The position numbers and the translations under genes are program-made. Positions 23,808-34,787 of a DNA stretch of 38,325 bases are shown one piece after another. The notes under the pieces were generated by a model that was given only the letters and a program-made list of their open reading frames with translations, was not told the DNA's origin and searched no databases. The stretch comes from Seison nebaliae (lineage: Eukaryota): positions 1 through 38,325 of the forward strand of contig JALJEE010002845.1 in assembly GCA_023231475.1 (NCBI GenBank), read 5' to 3'. Every line of letters begins with the position of its first letter. Within the stretch, counting starts at the first letter, position 1.

Positions 23808-25502
23808 ATGTTAATGTATAATCGTACGGATACATCATTATTACCCGCCACGAAATATCAAGACCAAAGTGATGGAGAGAAGAGACATACTTGCATGTGT
23901 CACACTCTATTACTCATATTTTCAATTATTGGGATAACAGCGAATAGTCTTGTACTTTACGCTTACTATAAGAAATGGACAAGATCTACCGGAATATTCC
24001 TCATATGGATATTAGCATTGGTGGACGTGATTGTAGCCGGAATAATTATGCCAACAATTGTAGCAGATGAACGATGGATTGAATATCAGCGAACGACTTT
24101 ATTTAAATTCATTTGTAAGAGTCATACTCTACTTTTCTCAAGCAATGTTCCATTTTCTTGTGCAATCATGACATTGATTGCTTTCGATCGATATATCTCC
24201 ATTTGTTGTTCACGTGTTGCGAGAGCTATTAGGAAGAAGAAAGTGAAGAAACGGGAAAGTTGTTCCTATTCGAAAAATTCATGTTCCTCAATTAATCGAC
24301 TATCACGATTGAATTCGATCGATGAGAATTGTCAAAATTTCGGACTTTACATGTTCACCGATTCTTTCCGAAACTCCACCAAATTCACTTTGAAGGGTAC
24401 AACTCCTTATATTTTCGGAAAGATACAACGCCAAAGAACTAGAAATGCCACTTTCTTCACAACGCCAACTTCACAAGTTAAATTGGAGGGAGAGAAAACA
24501 AATTTGAAATATTTCCTGAATAAAACCGTTCGGAAACCATGTAATCGAAAGAATATCCAATTTACAATTAGTCGTGCTAAAATTACATTATTTGTTCTCT
24601 TCTTCTTCAGTGTGACAATGGCAATCATTCCCACTTATGTAACAAACTTACAACATGTTTGGCATACTTCCAATATTTATGTGACGGATAAACATCTCAA
24701 TTATCAATGGAAGGCTGAGATCAATCAAACGAAAGCTGCTTTGAATGAATTGAGTAATGGAAAGAAAATATTCGAAATTTACTCCATGGAAAATTCATCC
24801 ATCATAGAAGAATTGACATATATCCGAACTGGTTGTTACATTCATCAAAAACATTATTCCCTAGCTCGACTTGCATCGAAAGTAAGAGGATTATTTTTTC
24901 TGTTTTGTGGTGCTACTATGATCTTTCTTTATATTCGAGTTTACATTTTCATTTGGCAAATCAGAAAGAATTGTCTTTCAACTTATTCGAAAGGAAGAGA
25001 AACGAATAGAAACATGAAAAGTAAAAATAATCCAAAATCGAAAGTTCATCAGCAAATCTCTCTAGTTATCGACAACCGAAATGATGAGAATGACAAATCA
25101 AAAGATATTACTCCAATTCATAATATCCGTAAAGTTCAATCGTTACCAATCCACAAAAATGAACAAAAGCCTCAGAAAAACAAATGGTCAGATTATCGGA
25201 AATCATCAACTAAGAAATTGCCATTCTGTCGTCGACGATACAACTCGAATATCCATAACGCCATCGTACTCAGTATCCTCACCCTATTTTTCGTCATTAC
25301 TTATGCTCCAAGCATCTTGTCAAATCAACAAATTTTAAACGTTCCAAAAAATTATTTATGTTATGTGCGACATCTTTATCTCATTAATCATGTATTCAAT
25401 CCCATCATTTATGGATTCATGAATGAATCATTCCGTTCACAACTTTTTACTTCACTTTCATCCATCACATTTTTCACAAAATTTTTTCGAAAAAATTATT
25501 AA
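23808..25502 (+). CDS. Rhodopsin-like (class A) GPCR, intronless, 564 aa, with large ICL2/ECL2/ICL3 loops
   Basis: TM1 GITANSLVL, TM2 LALVD, TM3 C...IAFDRY, TM6 FVITYAP, TM7 NHVFNPIIY, helix 8 NESFR. Confidence 0.9.
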   Translation: MLMYNRTDTSLLPATKYQDQSDGEKRHTCMCHTLLLIFSIIGITANSLVLYAYYKKWTRSTGIFLIWILALVDVIVAGIIMPTIVADERWIEYQRTTLFKFICKSHTLLFSSNVPFSCAIMTLIAFDRYISICCSRVARAIRKKKVKKRESCSYSKNSCSSINRLSRLNSIDENCQNFGLYMFTDSFRNSTKFTLKGTTPYIFGKIQRQRTRNATFFTTPTSQVKLEGEKTNLKYFLNKTVRKPCNRKNIQFTISRAKITLFVLFFFSVTMAIIPTYVTNLQHVWHTSNIYVTDKHLNYQWKAEINQTKAALNELSNGKKIFEIYSMENSSIIEELTYIRTGCYIHQKHYSLARLASKVRGLFFLFCGATMIFLYIRVYIFIWQIRKNCLSTYSKGRETNRNMKSKNNPKSKVHQQISLVIDNRNDENDKSKDITPIHNIRKVQSLPIHKNEQKPQKNKWSDYRKSSTKKLPFCRRRYNSNIHNAIVLSILTLFFVITYAPSILSNQQILNVPKNYLCYVRHLYLINHVFNPIIYGFMNESFRSQLFTSLSSITFFTKFFRKNY

Positions 25503-25613
25503 CATTTCAATATTCTATAATATAGAATCTATATTTTATTTTATATATACAAATCAAAAATATGTTATAATAAACTTTAACGATATTTTGATAAATAATT
25601 TTTTCACTTTTTA

Positions 25614-26654
25614 ATGGCGCACTCTTTCAAAGTAAAACGATATAGTAATACTACTTGTAAAGCGGTTGTTATGAAGGAACTAGAGAAGCATGCTTGGGAA
25701 ATAAGAAAATTCTTAGAAGAAGAAGAACCATCGATGCAGATATTGGACAAGAATATCGAAAAAAATGAATTGTTTATAAAGAAACAACAAAGTCTGATTG
25801 ATATCCAAAAGAAGATTAATAACGAAATGAAAAAACGAATAGAAGACTTAGCGAATGTGAAAGTGTCAATGGAATTAGATTCATTAAGTACGAATCCACC
25901 ACCAACCAAAAGCGTTGATGTTAAAGAGAATAAATTAGAAAAAGTGAATGTGTCACGAACTGTAGGACCAAAACGAAATCGGAAAGTTCATATTTCGGAC
26001 GATGAAGATGTCGATGAAAGACAAAAATTTAATAATTTAATTAAAAATAAAACTCGAAATTTACTCGAAGATAAAATCTTGAAAAATCTCAATTTAAGTA
26101 ATAACAGACCGAACACACCATCAGAAGAAGAGAAATGTGAAGAAAGGGAAGATCTTATTGAAATAAACGAATTGGAATTAACAGATAATGAATCGATGAA
26201 TGAAACTGATCTCCCAACTGAATCGATTTTTTACTCTACTGGAGACAGTACTCCAATTTATTCATCATCAGATGAACAGACTAAAATTGAAGAAATTCCA
26301 TATTGTAAGAAAGAGGAAACTGAAAAGAAATCGATAGGAATCAATACAAATGAAATTTCGATGAATGAAATTGCCAATCATGTAAATCTTTTAAATTTAC
26401 AAACTTGTTTAAAAAGTAAACGACTACCGATGAATAACAATAACAACATGAGAAGTAAATTGAATTTACCGAAATATGGTAATCGTTTAGAGAATGAAAA
26501 TAAATATATCGATCGTCGATTGAACATGTTGAGGAAACAATTAAATGAAATAGATAAAGAAACATATGCGGAAACGATGTTGCTCATTAAACAATTTGAG
26601 AAGAGAAGAAATAATAATTTGACTCAAATTGAGAATAAAAAGAAATTTAATTGA
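25614..26654 (+). CDS. Hypothetical coiled-coil/low-complexity protein, 346 aa
   Basis: Long ATG-started ORF in AT-rich DNA, with K/E-rich predicted coiled coils at both ends. No recognised family. Confidence 0.7.
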   Translation: MAHSFKVKRYSNTTCKAVVMKELEKHAWEIRKFLEEEEPSMQILDKNIEKNELFIKKQQSLIDIQKKINNEMKKRIEDLANVKVSMELDSLSTNPPPTKSVDVKENKLEKVNVSRTVGPKRNRKVHISDDEDVDERQKFNNLIKNKTRNLLEDKILKNLNLSNNRPNTPSEEEKCEEREDLIEINELELTDNESMNETDLPTESIFYSTGDSTPIYSSSDEQTKIEEIPYCKKEETEKKSIGINTNEISMNEIANHVNLLNLQTCLKSKRLPMNNNNNMRSKLNLPKYGNRLENENKYIDRRLNMLRKQLNEIDKETYAETMLLIKQFEKRRNNNLTQIENKKKFN

Positions 26655-26864
26655 ATTTAAATTTTAAAATTCCAAAAATATTTTTCCGATATAATTTGCA
26701 ATAAATTCAACAATTTCATTAAAAGGAAGAAAAAAGATATGGTTATGAAGTGAACAATCGTTAAAAGAAAATAAAAATAATTATACTAATAATTATACTA
26801 ATAATTATTATAATTATTAATTCCGAAAAACTTTTAATTTTTCCCCCAAATCGCCTGAAGAATT

Positions 26865-28338
26865 TTAATGTTTATTGTTAGTTTGTGAAATGATTTGTGA
26901 GAGTAGTCCACCATAACGATCAGCTAACGATCTTGTTAAATTAATGATTTTTTCATAAGGACATGAATAATGTGGAGTAATTACGATTTGATTATTCTCA
27001 TGATCAATTTTGATTTCATTTGAAGAATTTCTAGTGACACTAACCACCCATGATTCCACTTCCACTAAATTCATTTCAAACAAATCAGAAAACGTTTCCA
27101 ACGAGACATTTTTATAAGTATGAATTATATTATCGAACCAGAATCGACGTGCTGCTTCCATAATATCTGGCATAAATGGATTAAGAAAGAAATCATTCTC
27201 CAACATCTTCTCACATTCTTTCAATTTCTTTTTCGCTTTCTCCATATCATATTCGATGTGAACCGCTTGCACAAAATCAGTGAGAGGATCAATATAATTA
27301 TATCGTTCGCTCTGTAAAATTTTCACTAATTCCTTTGTATGAGCGATACGTCTAGGAGAAACGAGAGCTGCCGCTGTTAAATATCGAAGAAGATATTGAC
27401 AACTCGTTTGAATGGTAATAAGACCATTCCCCAAAAATAGATCCAATAATCGTTCACTCTTCATTTCACTAGAGAAGCGAAAGAAGACGAATAAAGACCA
27501 ATGTAATAACCAACATCTCCATTGCAATCTCTGCAAATGAGATATTGATGGTGAATCATCATTAATATAATCAGTCAACATTCTCAAATAATTGTAGACG
27601 GTATCGAATTCAACATCACTACTTAAAATAACAGCAGCTAAATTCCCAAATCGTAAAGATGCGATTTGTTTATTAATATCCATCGATTCTCCCTAAAAAT
27701 TAATTTAAAGAAATTATTTGATGGAAAAAAGCGATCAAACCTCAAACATCAAATCAAAACAATATCTCGAATCCTGATATTTTCCCGTTTCATAGAAATT
27801 CTTCGCTAATCGAATTAGAACATGTTTCTTATTCCGTTTATCTGTCTATATGATAGAAATATTAGAAATTATTGTTAGTGTTGTTGTTGGATAGATAAAT
27901 GGGAACAGATTGAAATAGTTTATGTGTATCTTTATCATAATCTCCAATATTATTCGACCATTCATTATGATCTGATTCAATTTGTGCATCAATAGCAGCA
28001 CATTCACTAATTCTCTCTTCTAAATAGAAATGAGAGAAATGAAATTTCATAAAAATTTAACTTTCATTCTTCATAGGAATATTCAATTTCTCTCGAAGAT
28101 CCTTCTCATATGATAAGAGACATGTTCGACTCACCAATTCCAGACGATAATGATTCAAACGATTTAAAAACTATCAAATCTTTAAAAAGGAAATCGGAGA
28201 AGGAAAAAGAAAGAAAACTTCAATTTCTTCTTTTGTTTCCAATTCGCCATCTGTCTCACACATGAAATCAAGAATTTGGAGAATCATGTGAGGATCGATG
28301 AATCGAGTCACTTCGTCGAATAAATCATAATATTTCAT
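26865..28338 (-). CDS. EIF3E: Eukaryotic translation initiation factor 3 subunit E, divergent, 424 aa; exons 28338-28219, 28170-28062, 28019-27907, 27845-27741, 27692-26865
   Basis: MKYYDLFDEVTRFIDPHMILQILDF (cf. MAEYDL...FLDRHLVFPLLEF), LQWRCWLLHWSLFVFF, IQTSCQYLLRYL, LENDFFL and a C-terminal PCI domain. Four GTT..TAG introns close the frame. Confidence 0.92.
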
Positions 28339-28560
28339 GACTCTTTTCCACAAATGATAATTTCGTTTCACTCACCAACTGTTGTTGTTTGTTTGGCTTT
28401 TGAATTAAACGTGAAATTTGAAAATGATTAAATGTTTTGTGTTGTTGAATATTTGGAAATAGAAGTTGAAATAGTTAAATTATTTAATTGTCTTGTGTTT
28501 CCTTTTCACGAGATTAACGTCATCTCGTTTTATTGTCGATATCATAAAATAAGATTCGAG

Positions 28561-28873
28561 ATGGAAATTGAAGAAGGAAAGAAATTGAGAAAGATCGATG
28601 AATCAAGTAATTCACGTTCATCTCTAGAATTTGAAGATGATCCAGTAGAACTTAATGAATTGAATGAATTACATAAAACAATGAAATCGTCAGATACCAC
28701 TCTCTTCCTCAGTCAATTTGCGAATAATTTGAAGCAATTGAGACGAGTTAATAATTGGATAACAAATAAATCATCATCATCATCTATTAAACAATCACAA
28801 TTTTATCATGTGAATACATTAGAGAAATATGAGAATGATGGAAGTGATAGAAGTGAAGAATCGGATGATGATG

Positions 28874-28905
<32 letters not shown>

Positions 28906-29295
28906 AAGAATGAAGAAAGTGAAGATTCGAATCAAAGTGAAGATGAAGAACAATTTAATGAATGGATAAATGAACAACATGAAATTTTATTGAATGAGTT
29001 CGCAGATGTCAATGTAGGTGAGAAAGAAATGATGTTATTATGGAATCGACATATGAACAATATCAACATTATTGCTGATCATCAAATATCTTTGTCGTGT
29101 TTCTCATTTCTACTCGAACACATCAATCTCATTATTCATCGTGGAATCGAACGGAATTGTATTCTCCATTTTATTAATCTTTATTCGTTCGGTCTCCTCA
29201 ATTCCATCCAATTATTCCTTCTCATCAATTCGTTACAAATACTCGAACAGAAAATTATCAGTAAACGTATCGACAAAAATGATTTTCTCGAATAA
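28561..29295 (+). CDS. VEFS-box protein (SUZ12-like, C-terminal domain only), ~244 aa
   Basis: QFYH...EQFNEW...LNEFADVNVGEKEMMLLWNRHM...IIADHQISLSC..F...RNCILHFINLYSFGLL matches the SUZ12 VEFS box. ATG at 28561 is preferred; an upstream in-frame ATG at 28432 is possible. Confidence 0.8.
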
Positions 29296-29399
29296 TTTCC
29301 TTTTGTTTTTCCTTCCCAAATCTGTAAAGAATAATATTTTCCTCGTTTGTGTTTTCTGTTTTTTCTTAATTTTCAAAAAATAGAAATTCTCCAGAAATT

Positions 29400-31341
29400 A
29401 TGAAAGTTGTGGAAGGAATAAAATCGGTGAAAGAATTTTTAGAATTCTCTCCACAATTCGATAATGATATAATTGTCGATTATTCTATCAAATTTTCTAT
29501 GTGGCGAAATGAAACGAAAACAATCGTTTGTCATGATATGAAAGGAGGTTATCTCCGAGACAAGTTTAATTAAATGAGAGATTATTCATCATTCTCTTCC
29601 AGATATACTGATGGATATATAATGACGGAAGACGATGAAGGAAAAGATTGTTTCACATTTGCCGCTTGGAATTTCATTGATATGTTCATTTATTTCTCTC
29701 ATTCATTTATTACTCTCCCACCCATCGGATGGATAAATGCTGCTCATAATACGGACACTGCAATTCTCGGTTAAATAATTATGTATATTCCTTATATTCC
29801 TCCAATCTCTAATTCGATTCAGGTACGTTTATTGTGGAGCGTCATGAAGTTTTAGAAGAAATCTGTAAAAATTTTGATAAAATCGCTCATAAATTAGATG
29901 AGATAACGAAAAAGTTTAAATTACAAGGATGGTTATTCAATATCGAATGTGATGGAACGGTTGGTTAACAATGACATTTATCGATTCCAATTAATTTATA
30001 TTCTTTAGCAAACTGATATGATGTTGTTCTTTCAATTCTTAAAATTACTCAAAGAAATATTTGGTAAATATCGAAAAGAAGAAGATCGAATGATTCATCT
30101 GATGTGGTATGATGCTCTATTACCGAATGGAGTAGTCTCTTATCAGAATATGGTGAACGAATCGAACAAGTTTCGACAATCTCCTCATTTCAAATGTTCA
30201 AATTAAATTCTAGAATTTATTTAAATTATTTCGATTCCATTTTCCTGAATTACAATTGGTCTCCCAACTCGTTGGGTTGTTCTCGTGCAAGTGTTCTCTT
30301 TTATGTCATTCGTTTCCTTCATATTCCATTGTTGTTCAGGTGAATAATTATGAAAATCGAATATATGTTGGATTGGACGTTTTCGGAAGAGGGATGATTG
30401 GCAACGGAAAATTTAACACATTCAAAGTTTCTTTCTTTTGATATTATAAAAAAACAGCAAATTGAGAGAATAATATGAGAAATTAAAGATAAAATAATTT
30501 TTAATTTAATTTTTGATCAAAATAATTTGTATAGAAATTCTATTACAATAATTCTTATTAATATATTAGGCACTACAAATTGTACGACGTTACAGTATGA
30601 GTGCAGCACTCTTTGCATTTGGTTGGGTACATGAGTGTTGTGATTTCAAGTCAATGAATGAAAGTTTCCACAATAATCTTTAGTTAGTAACATGTTGATT
30701 AAAGGATGAGACGTTTAAACAATTTTCAGTTTTTGGAGAACATTATTAGATTTCTTGAAATTGAAACCGGTGCATAAAGGAAAGAATATTTCTTTCAACA
30801 TATCTTGGTATCAGCAAGAGGAGCAGATTGTTTGTTTCCACCTCTCGAAAACATGTTTATTGCCAAATCAATTCTTTTATGATAATCTCATGGCAGTAAC
30901 ATTTGTTGAGGGGAAAAATAACAATTTTATTTTTTGTCGACAACCAAATACGAAATAGTTTAATTTCTTTTATTTCCTCATTCTTTTTCATTTTATAGTT
31001 CATTATATACTCTGAGATTATATGCTGAAGAAGTAGCAGATATTGAAGTGAATGTATTTTATGAGAATGAGAATTGTCAATTTAAACTAACATTGGAACA
31101 ATCTCATGAAATACCATTAGTCTTCACAGATAAGTTGGAGAAATTAGACAAACTATCTGAAATAAAATGTTCCGAATTACATAGAAAGTTCAATTAAATT
31201 TCCTTCTTTCTTATTTTTTATTTGTCCGTTAACAGAACTATTTTATTCAAACAAGAAAATCCGAGTCAAGTTATCAAAAAATATTCGATCTTGTTGTGGT
31301 CGAACGATAAATTTTACATAGAATCTATAAAGATCATTTAA
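29400..31341 (+). CDS. ENGASE: Cytosolic endo-beta-N-acetylglucosaminidase (GH85), 476 aa; exons 29400-29563, 29603-29769, 29823-29959, 30009-30169, 30214-30292, 30340-30426, 30570-30682, 30730-30957, 30999-31187, 31236-31341
   Basis: Motifs VCHDMKGGY, DMFIYFSH..ITLPPIGWINAAH, LGTFIVE, GWLFNIE (catalytic NxE), WYDA, FLNYNW, YVGLDVFGRG and SAALFAFGWVHE. Nine introns give an exact frame (1431 nt); the last two exons rest mainly on frame continuity. Confidence 0.92.
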
Positions 31342-31646
31342 ATTCATTTGAATATTGATTAGAATTGTTTATATAAATTATTTATTATTAAATATTATAA
31401 TTATATTTATGAGAGATAAATGGAATTTTGAATTAAAGGGTGTCCAATCAATAATTGATGACGTTCCATAATTTATGTCACTAACAAGTAGACCAGATAA
31501 CATAACTATTTATTTAAAGTTTTTTTATTTGACAAATAAAATTTTCACAAAAAGAAAGATTTAAAAGGATGAACATATAAAATAGAAAGGAAACTTTGGG
31601 TATGATAGTATATTAGAAATTGAGTGAAAAAGAAAGTTAATATGAA

Positions 31647-32651
31647 TTATTTTCTATATATTTTCTTGATGATTTTCTTTTTCACTTCACAAAATGTTTG
31701 ACTGAAACATGAGAGTGAGAAGAAGATGATGATAGGTTGAAATCCGATAAAAACAGTAGAATAATTATAAATTTCATTATGTGAATTGGTTTGTGAATGT
31801 ATAAAGGCGATGATATAGTGAAAGATCATTGACACAAATCGTGAACTGTTATAAACTATGATAATTTGTTCAAATCCTTTATATTCGTTCTGATGTGGTA
31901 GTAAAGTAGATGATGGTTGAATATAATTATGTCGATAGATAACAAAGAAGATACTGAAGGATGATGAAAGAAGAAATAGAATAAAAGGAAATGATACATA
32001 AATGATGCGCCATACTTCAGCAAACAAGCGAATAGACGTTTCTACACAAGCAATTTGGACTTCATATAAAATATGAAGTGAGAAAAGTATTGATAAGACG
32101 AGAATGAGAATATTATAGAGAATGACATTCCCAAACAATTGGAAGAATCTGATGAATTTCCGATATTTCACTTTCAATACCACAACAACATTGTCATCAT
32201 TCTGATGAATTCTCACTCCTTCCTGTTCTGTCGAACTACTTCCCACACTCATCAATTGAATTTCATTTTTGATGATATTTTGACGATAATTATGTAATTG
32301 AACCGCTATCGTCAAACATGAGAATTCGATGATTAGAGATGATATTTGATAGATATAATAATTCCATTGACAAACAATTATCTCCTCGATGATGAGTGAT
32401 GATTTAATAAGTGAAGTGATCAATAAAGAGATATGATAAAATTGAATTGTACACAATTTCAAGAGAATTTTCTTCGCCATAGCTGTAAGAATTGCATGTC
32501 GATCATAAAGGATAGAAGGACTGTCATCAATCTTCAGCGAATTCCAATAGAAACAGAAATAGACGAAGATAATGATATGTAGAGGAATGGAGATAGATAA
32601 CGTCAAAATGATGTTAAAAATAGAAAAGAATTTTTCGTTCAAAATTTTCAT
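31647..32651 (-). CDS. Divergent multi-pass (about 7TM) membrane protein, GPCR-like, 334 aa
   Basis: About seven hydrophobic segments, a Cys at the start of TM3 (VCQWNYY) and a TM7-like QPIIIF. No DRY motif. Confidence 0.6.
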   Translation of the reverse strand: MKILNEKFFSIFNIILTLSISIPLHIIIFVYFCFYWNSLKIDDSPSILYDRHAILTAMAKKILLKLCTIQFYHISLLITSLIKSSLIIEEIIVCQWNYYIYQISSLIIEFSCLTIAVQLHNYRQNIIKNEIQLMSVGSSSTEQEGVRIHQNDDNVVVVLKVKYRKFIRFFQLFGNVILYNILILVLSILFSLHILYEVQIACVETSIRLFAEVWRIIYVSFPFILFLLSSSFSIFFVIYRHNYIQPSSTLLPHQNEYKGFEQIIIVYNSSRFVSMIFHYIIAFIHSQTNSHNEIYNYSTVFIGFQPIIIFFSLSCFSQTFCEVKKKIIKKIYRK

Positions 32652-32688
32652 TTATTACAAAGTGAATGATAAAAATGAAAATTTTATT

Positions 32689-33783
32689 TCACTTCTCCTT
32701 TCCTTCATCTTCACGAAGCTTTTCGATCGCTTCTTCTAGTGTTTCTAATGGTTTCTAATCGATTAGAAATTATAAAAATTAAACTCAAAATTCAACTAAC
32801 TGGTCGATGAACATAAAGTCGTAATAATGTGAGACAAATATCGTTAATGTGTTCATCAGTTGCATCATACATATAATACCAAGCTGGATTATCGGGAAGA
32901 GGAACCTGTTGAAAAGAAATAAAGAAAAATTTTAATTTATATAATTCCAACTAATAAATCACGAGCAGATAAATGGATACAAGCACAAGCGATAATTTCT
33001 GGTGGGAATCTGGTATAAAGATCAGTTCTCAAACTGTCATTCATATAATTCCAAGAAGTTTGAACGAGTTTTCGATTTCCAACACATTCCAAATATTGTA
33101 GATACATTACTATGATCTGATTAATTGAAATTTTATAGAAAATAAAAGAATGAAACTTTATGTGGATGTTTCACATAAACACAAAATCCCAATACCTTTA
33201 ATAACATCCGTTCCATTTTAATAAGTTTCTGTTTCAATATAATATAATGCTCATCCAATTTTAATGGTTTGATTGGTCTTCACAAATTAATAATAAAAAA
33301 AATAGATAGAAACATGATAAAATTAACAAATTTTGTCGTATTTGATCCATATGAGTGAAGACATTAATCACATCTCGAATTCGACGAGAAGTCTCTTCTA
33401 TTTTTGCAGCTAAAGTTATCGCAGCCATCGCCATAAACTAAACGGAAATTTTAATATATTTTGATGACAAAAATCAAATAAATAACTTTACAATCAAATT
33501 GGAGAAAAGACTTTGCATAATAAAATCGATGAAATAAAACTTGTGCCGTTGCGGCAGCCGTCTGTGGCAATTTCAAGAGAATGGCAGCACTTTGAATTAA
33601 TTCACAACCAACAAGTCGCAGATCTAATTCAACTCCGAGTGGAACTCCATCTCTTTCTGATGGAGTCTCTTCAAATGTTTCTTTTGGAAGAATGACATGA
33701 TGAAGTGATAAAACAACTTTCGTTTCTGGTGGTGAATTCGAAGGAGAATTTGTTTCAGATGACATCGAATTCGATACTTCCAT
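32689..33783 (-). CDS. CCNL: Cyclin L lacking the C-terminal RS domain, 287 aa; exons 33783-33487, 33437-33328, 33277-33157, 33116-32952, 32905-32801, 32754-32689
   Basis: TPSERDG...[104 protein letters not shown]. Five GTT introns close the frame (864 nt). Confidence 0.93.
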
Positions 33784-34057
33784 AATTCGAAATATTTTCA
33801 AAAATTCACATTGTTTGAAGCCATTTTTTAAAATTTAAGAAATTTCCTTTTAATTATTGCTAGTGAAAAATTTTCATTTTTTTTTTCACATTTTTTTCGC
33901 GATTGACACAAAGTCCTTTTTATGAGATTATTTATGATTATTTTATTACATTTTTTTATTTGATTTATTTATGTTTTATGATTTGTAAATAAAATAGTGA
34001 GTCTGGTAGTGAAGTGAAATTTGTGAGTTTAACTGAAATTAATTGATCGGAGCGAAA

Positions 34058-34493
34058 ATGGAAACATCAAAGAATTCACATATCAAACGACGAATGCAAA
34101 TGACTGCATGTGGAGAAGAAATGGAATTGATAAGTTTCTTCCTAATTACAAGAAAGATGGAATTGTTGACCGAACTGATGAGAATGGATGCATACGCTCA
34201 AATAATTGGAGCGGTAGTTAAATTTACACTTCCGATTAACTCAGATAAATTATATATGTCGTCGCTCTACTCTAATTATAATGAGGGGAAGTATTTAGAT
34301 GAAATTGTCATGTGAAGATTTCATATACCTGAGATCTAATTTCAGATTCACTTGTTCATTCTCTGATTTCTGTGAATTGTTCTGTATCATTTTTGAATTG
34401 AATGAATATCGAGAAGACGATGAACATGAACAATTGTTGATGTTTATTTTGGTTAAAAAGATTTTGATAAAAAATAAAAGGAATTTGTTCTGA
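34058..34493 (+). CDS. Possible small two-exon orphan gene (34058-34216, 34299-34493)
   Basis: Two adjacent track ORFs can be joined in phase 0 by an 82-nt GTTAAA..TTTAG intron (34217-34298). No homology recognised. Confidence 0.25.
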
Positions 34494-34787
34494 ACAGCAA
34501 CAGAAAAGATGAGTAGAACAGACGACAATATTTGATTGGTGTTTAGTACGTGCAAATTTCCATAACAGTGAATCGTCTTTATTCTTTTGATAATTAGAAT
34601 CAATTGTCAAGTGCCTTTATGCTACTTCGTCTAATGAACATGTATTCATCTAATATCTCTGCATATGGATCAAGTGCTTGACGATATCTACAGCTAATTC
34701 GATTTCCACTCTTATCCGCTCATCATTCTCCACAATTCGCTCAACTTCTTTCAAACTTTTTCCTCCACTTTTCATTTTCGACTTTCG

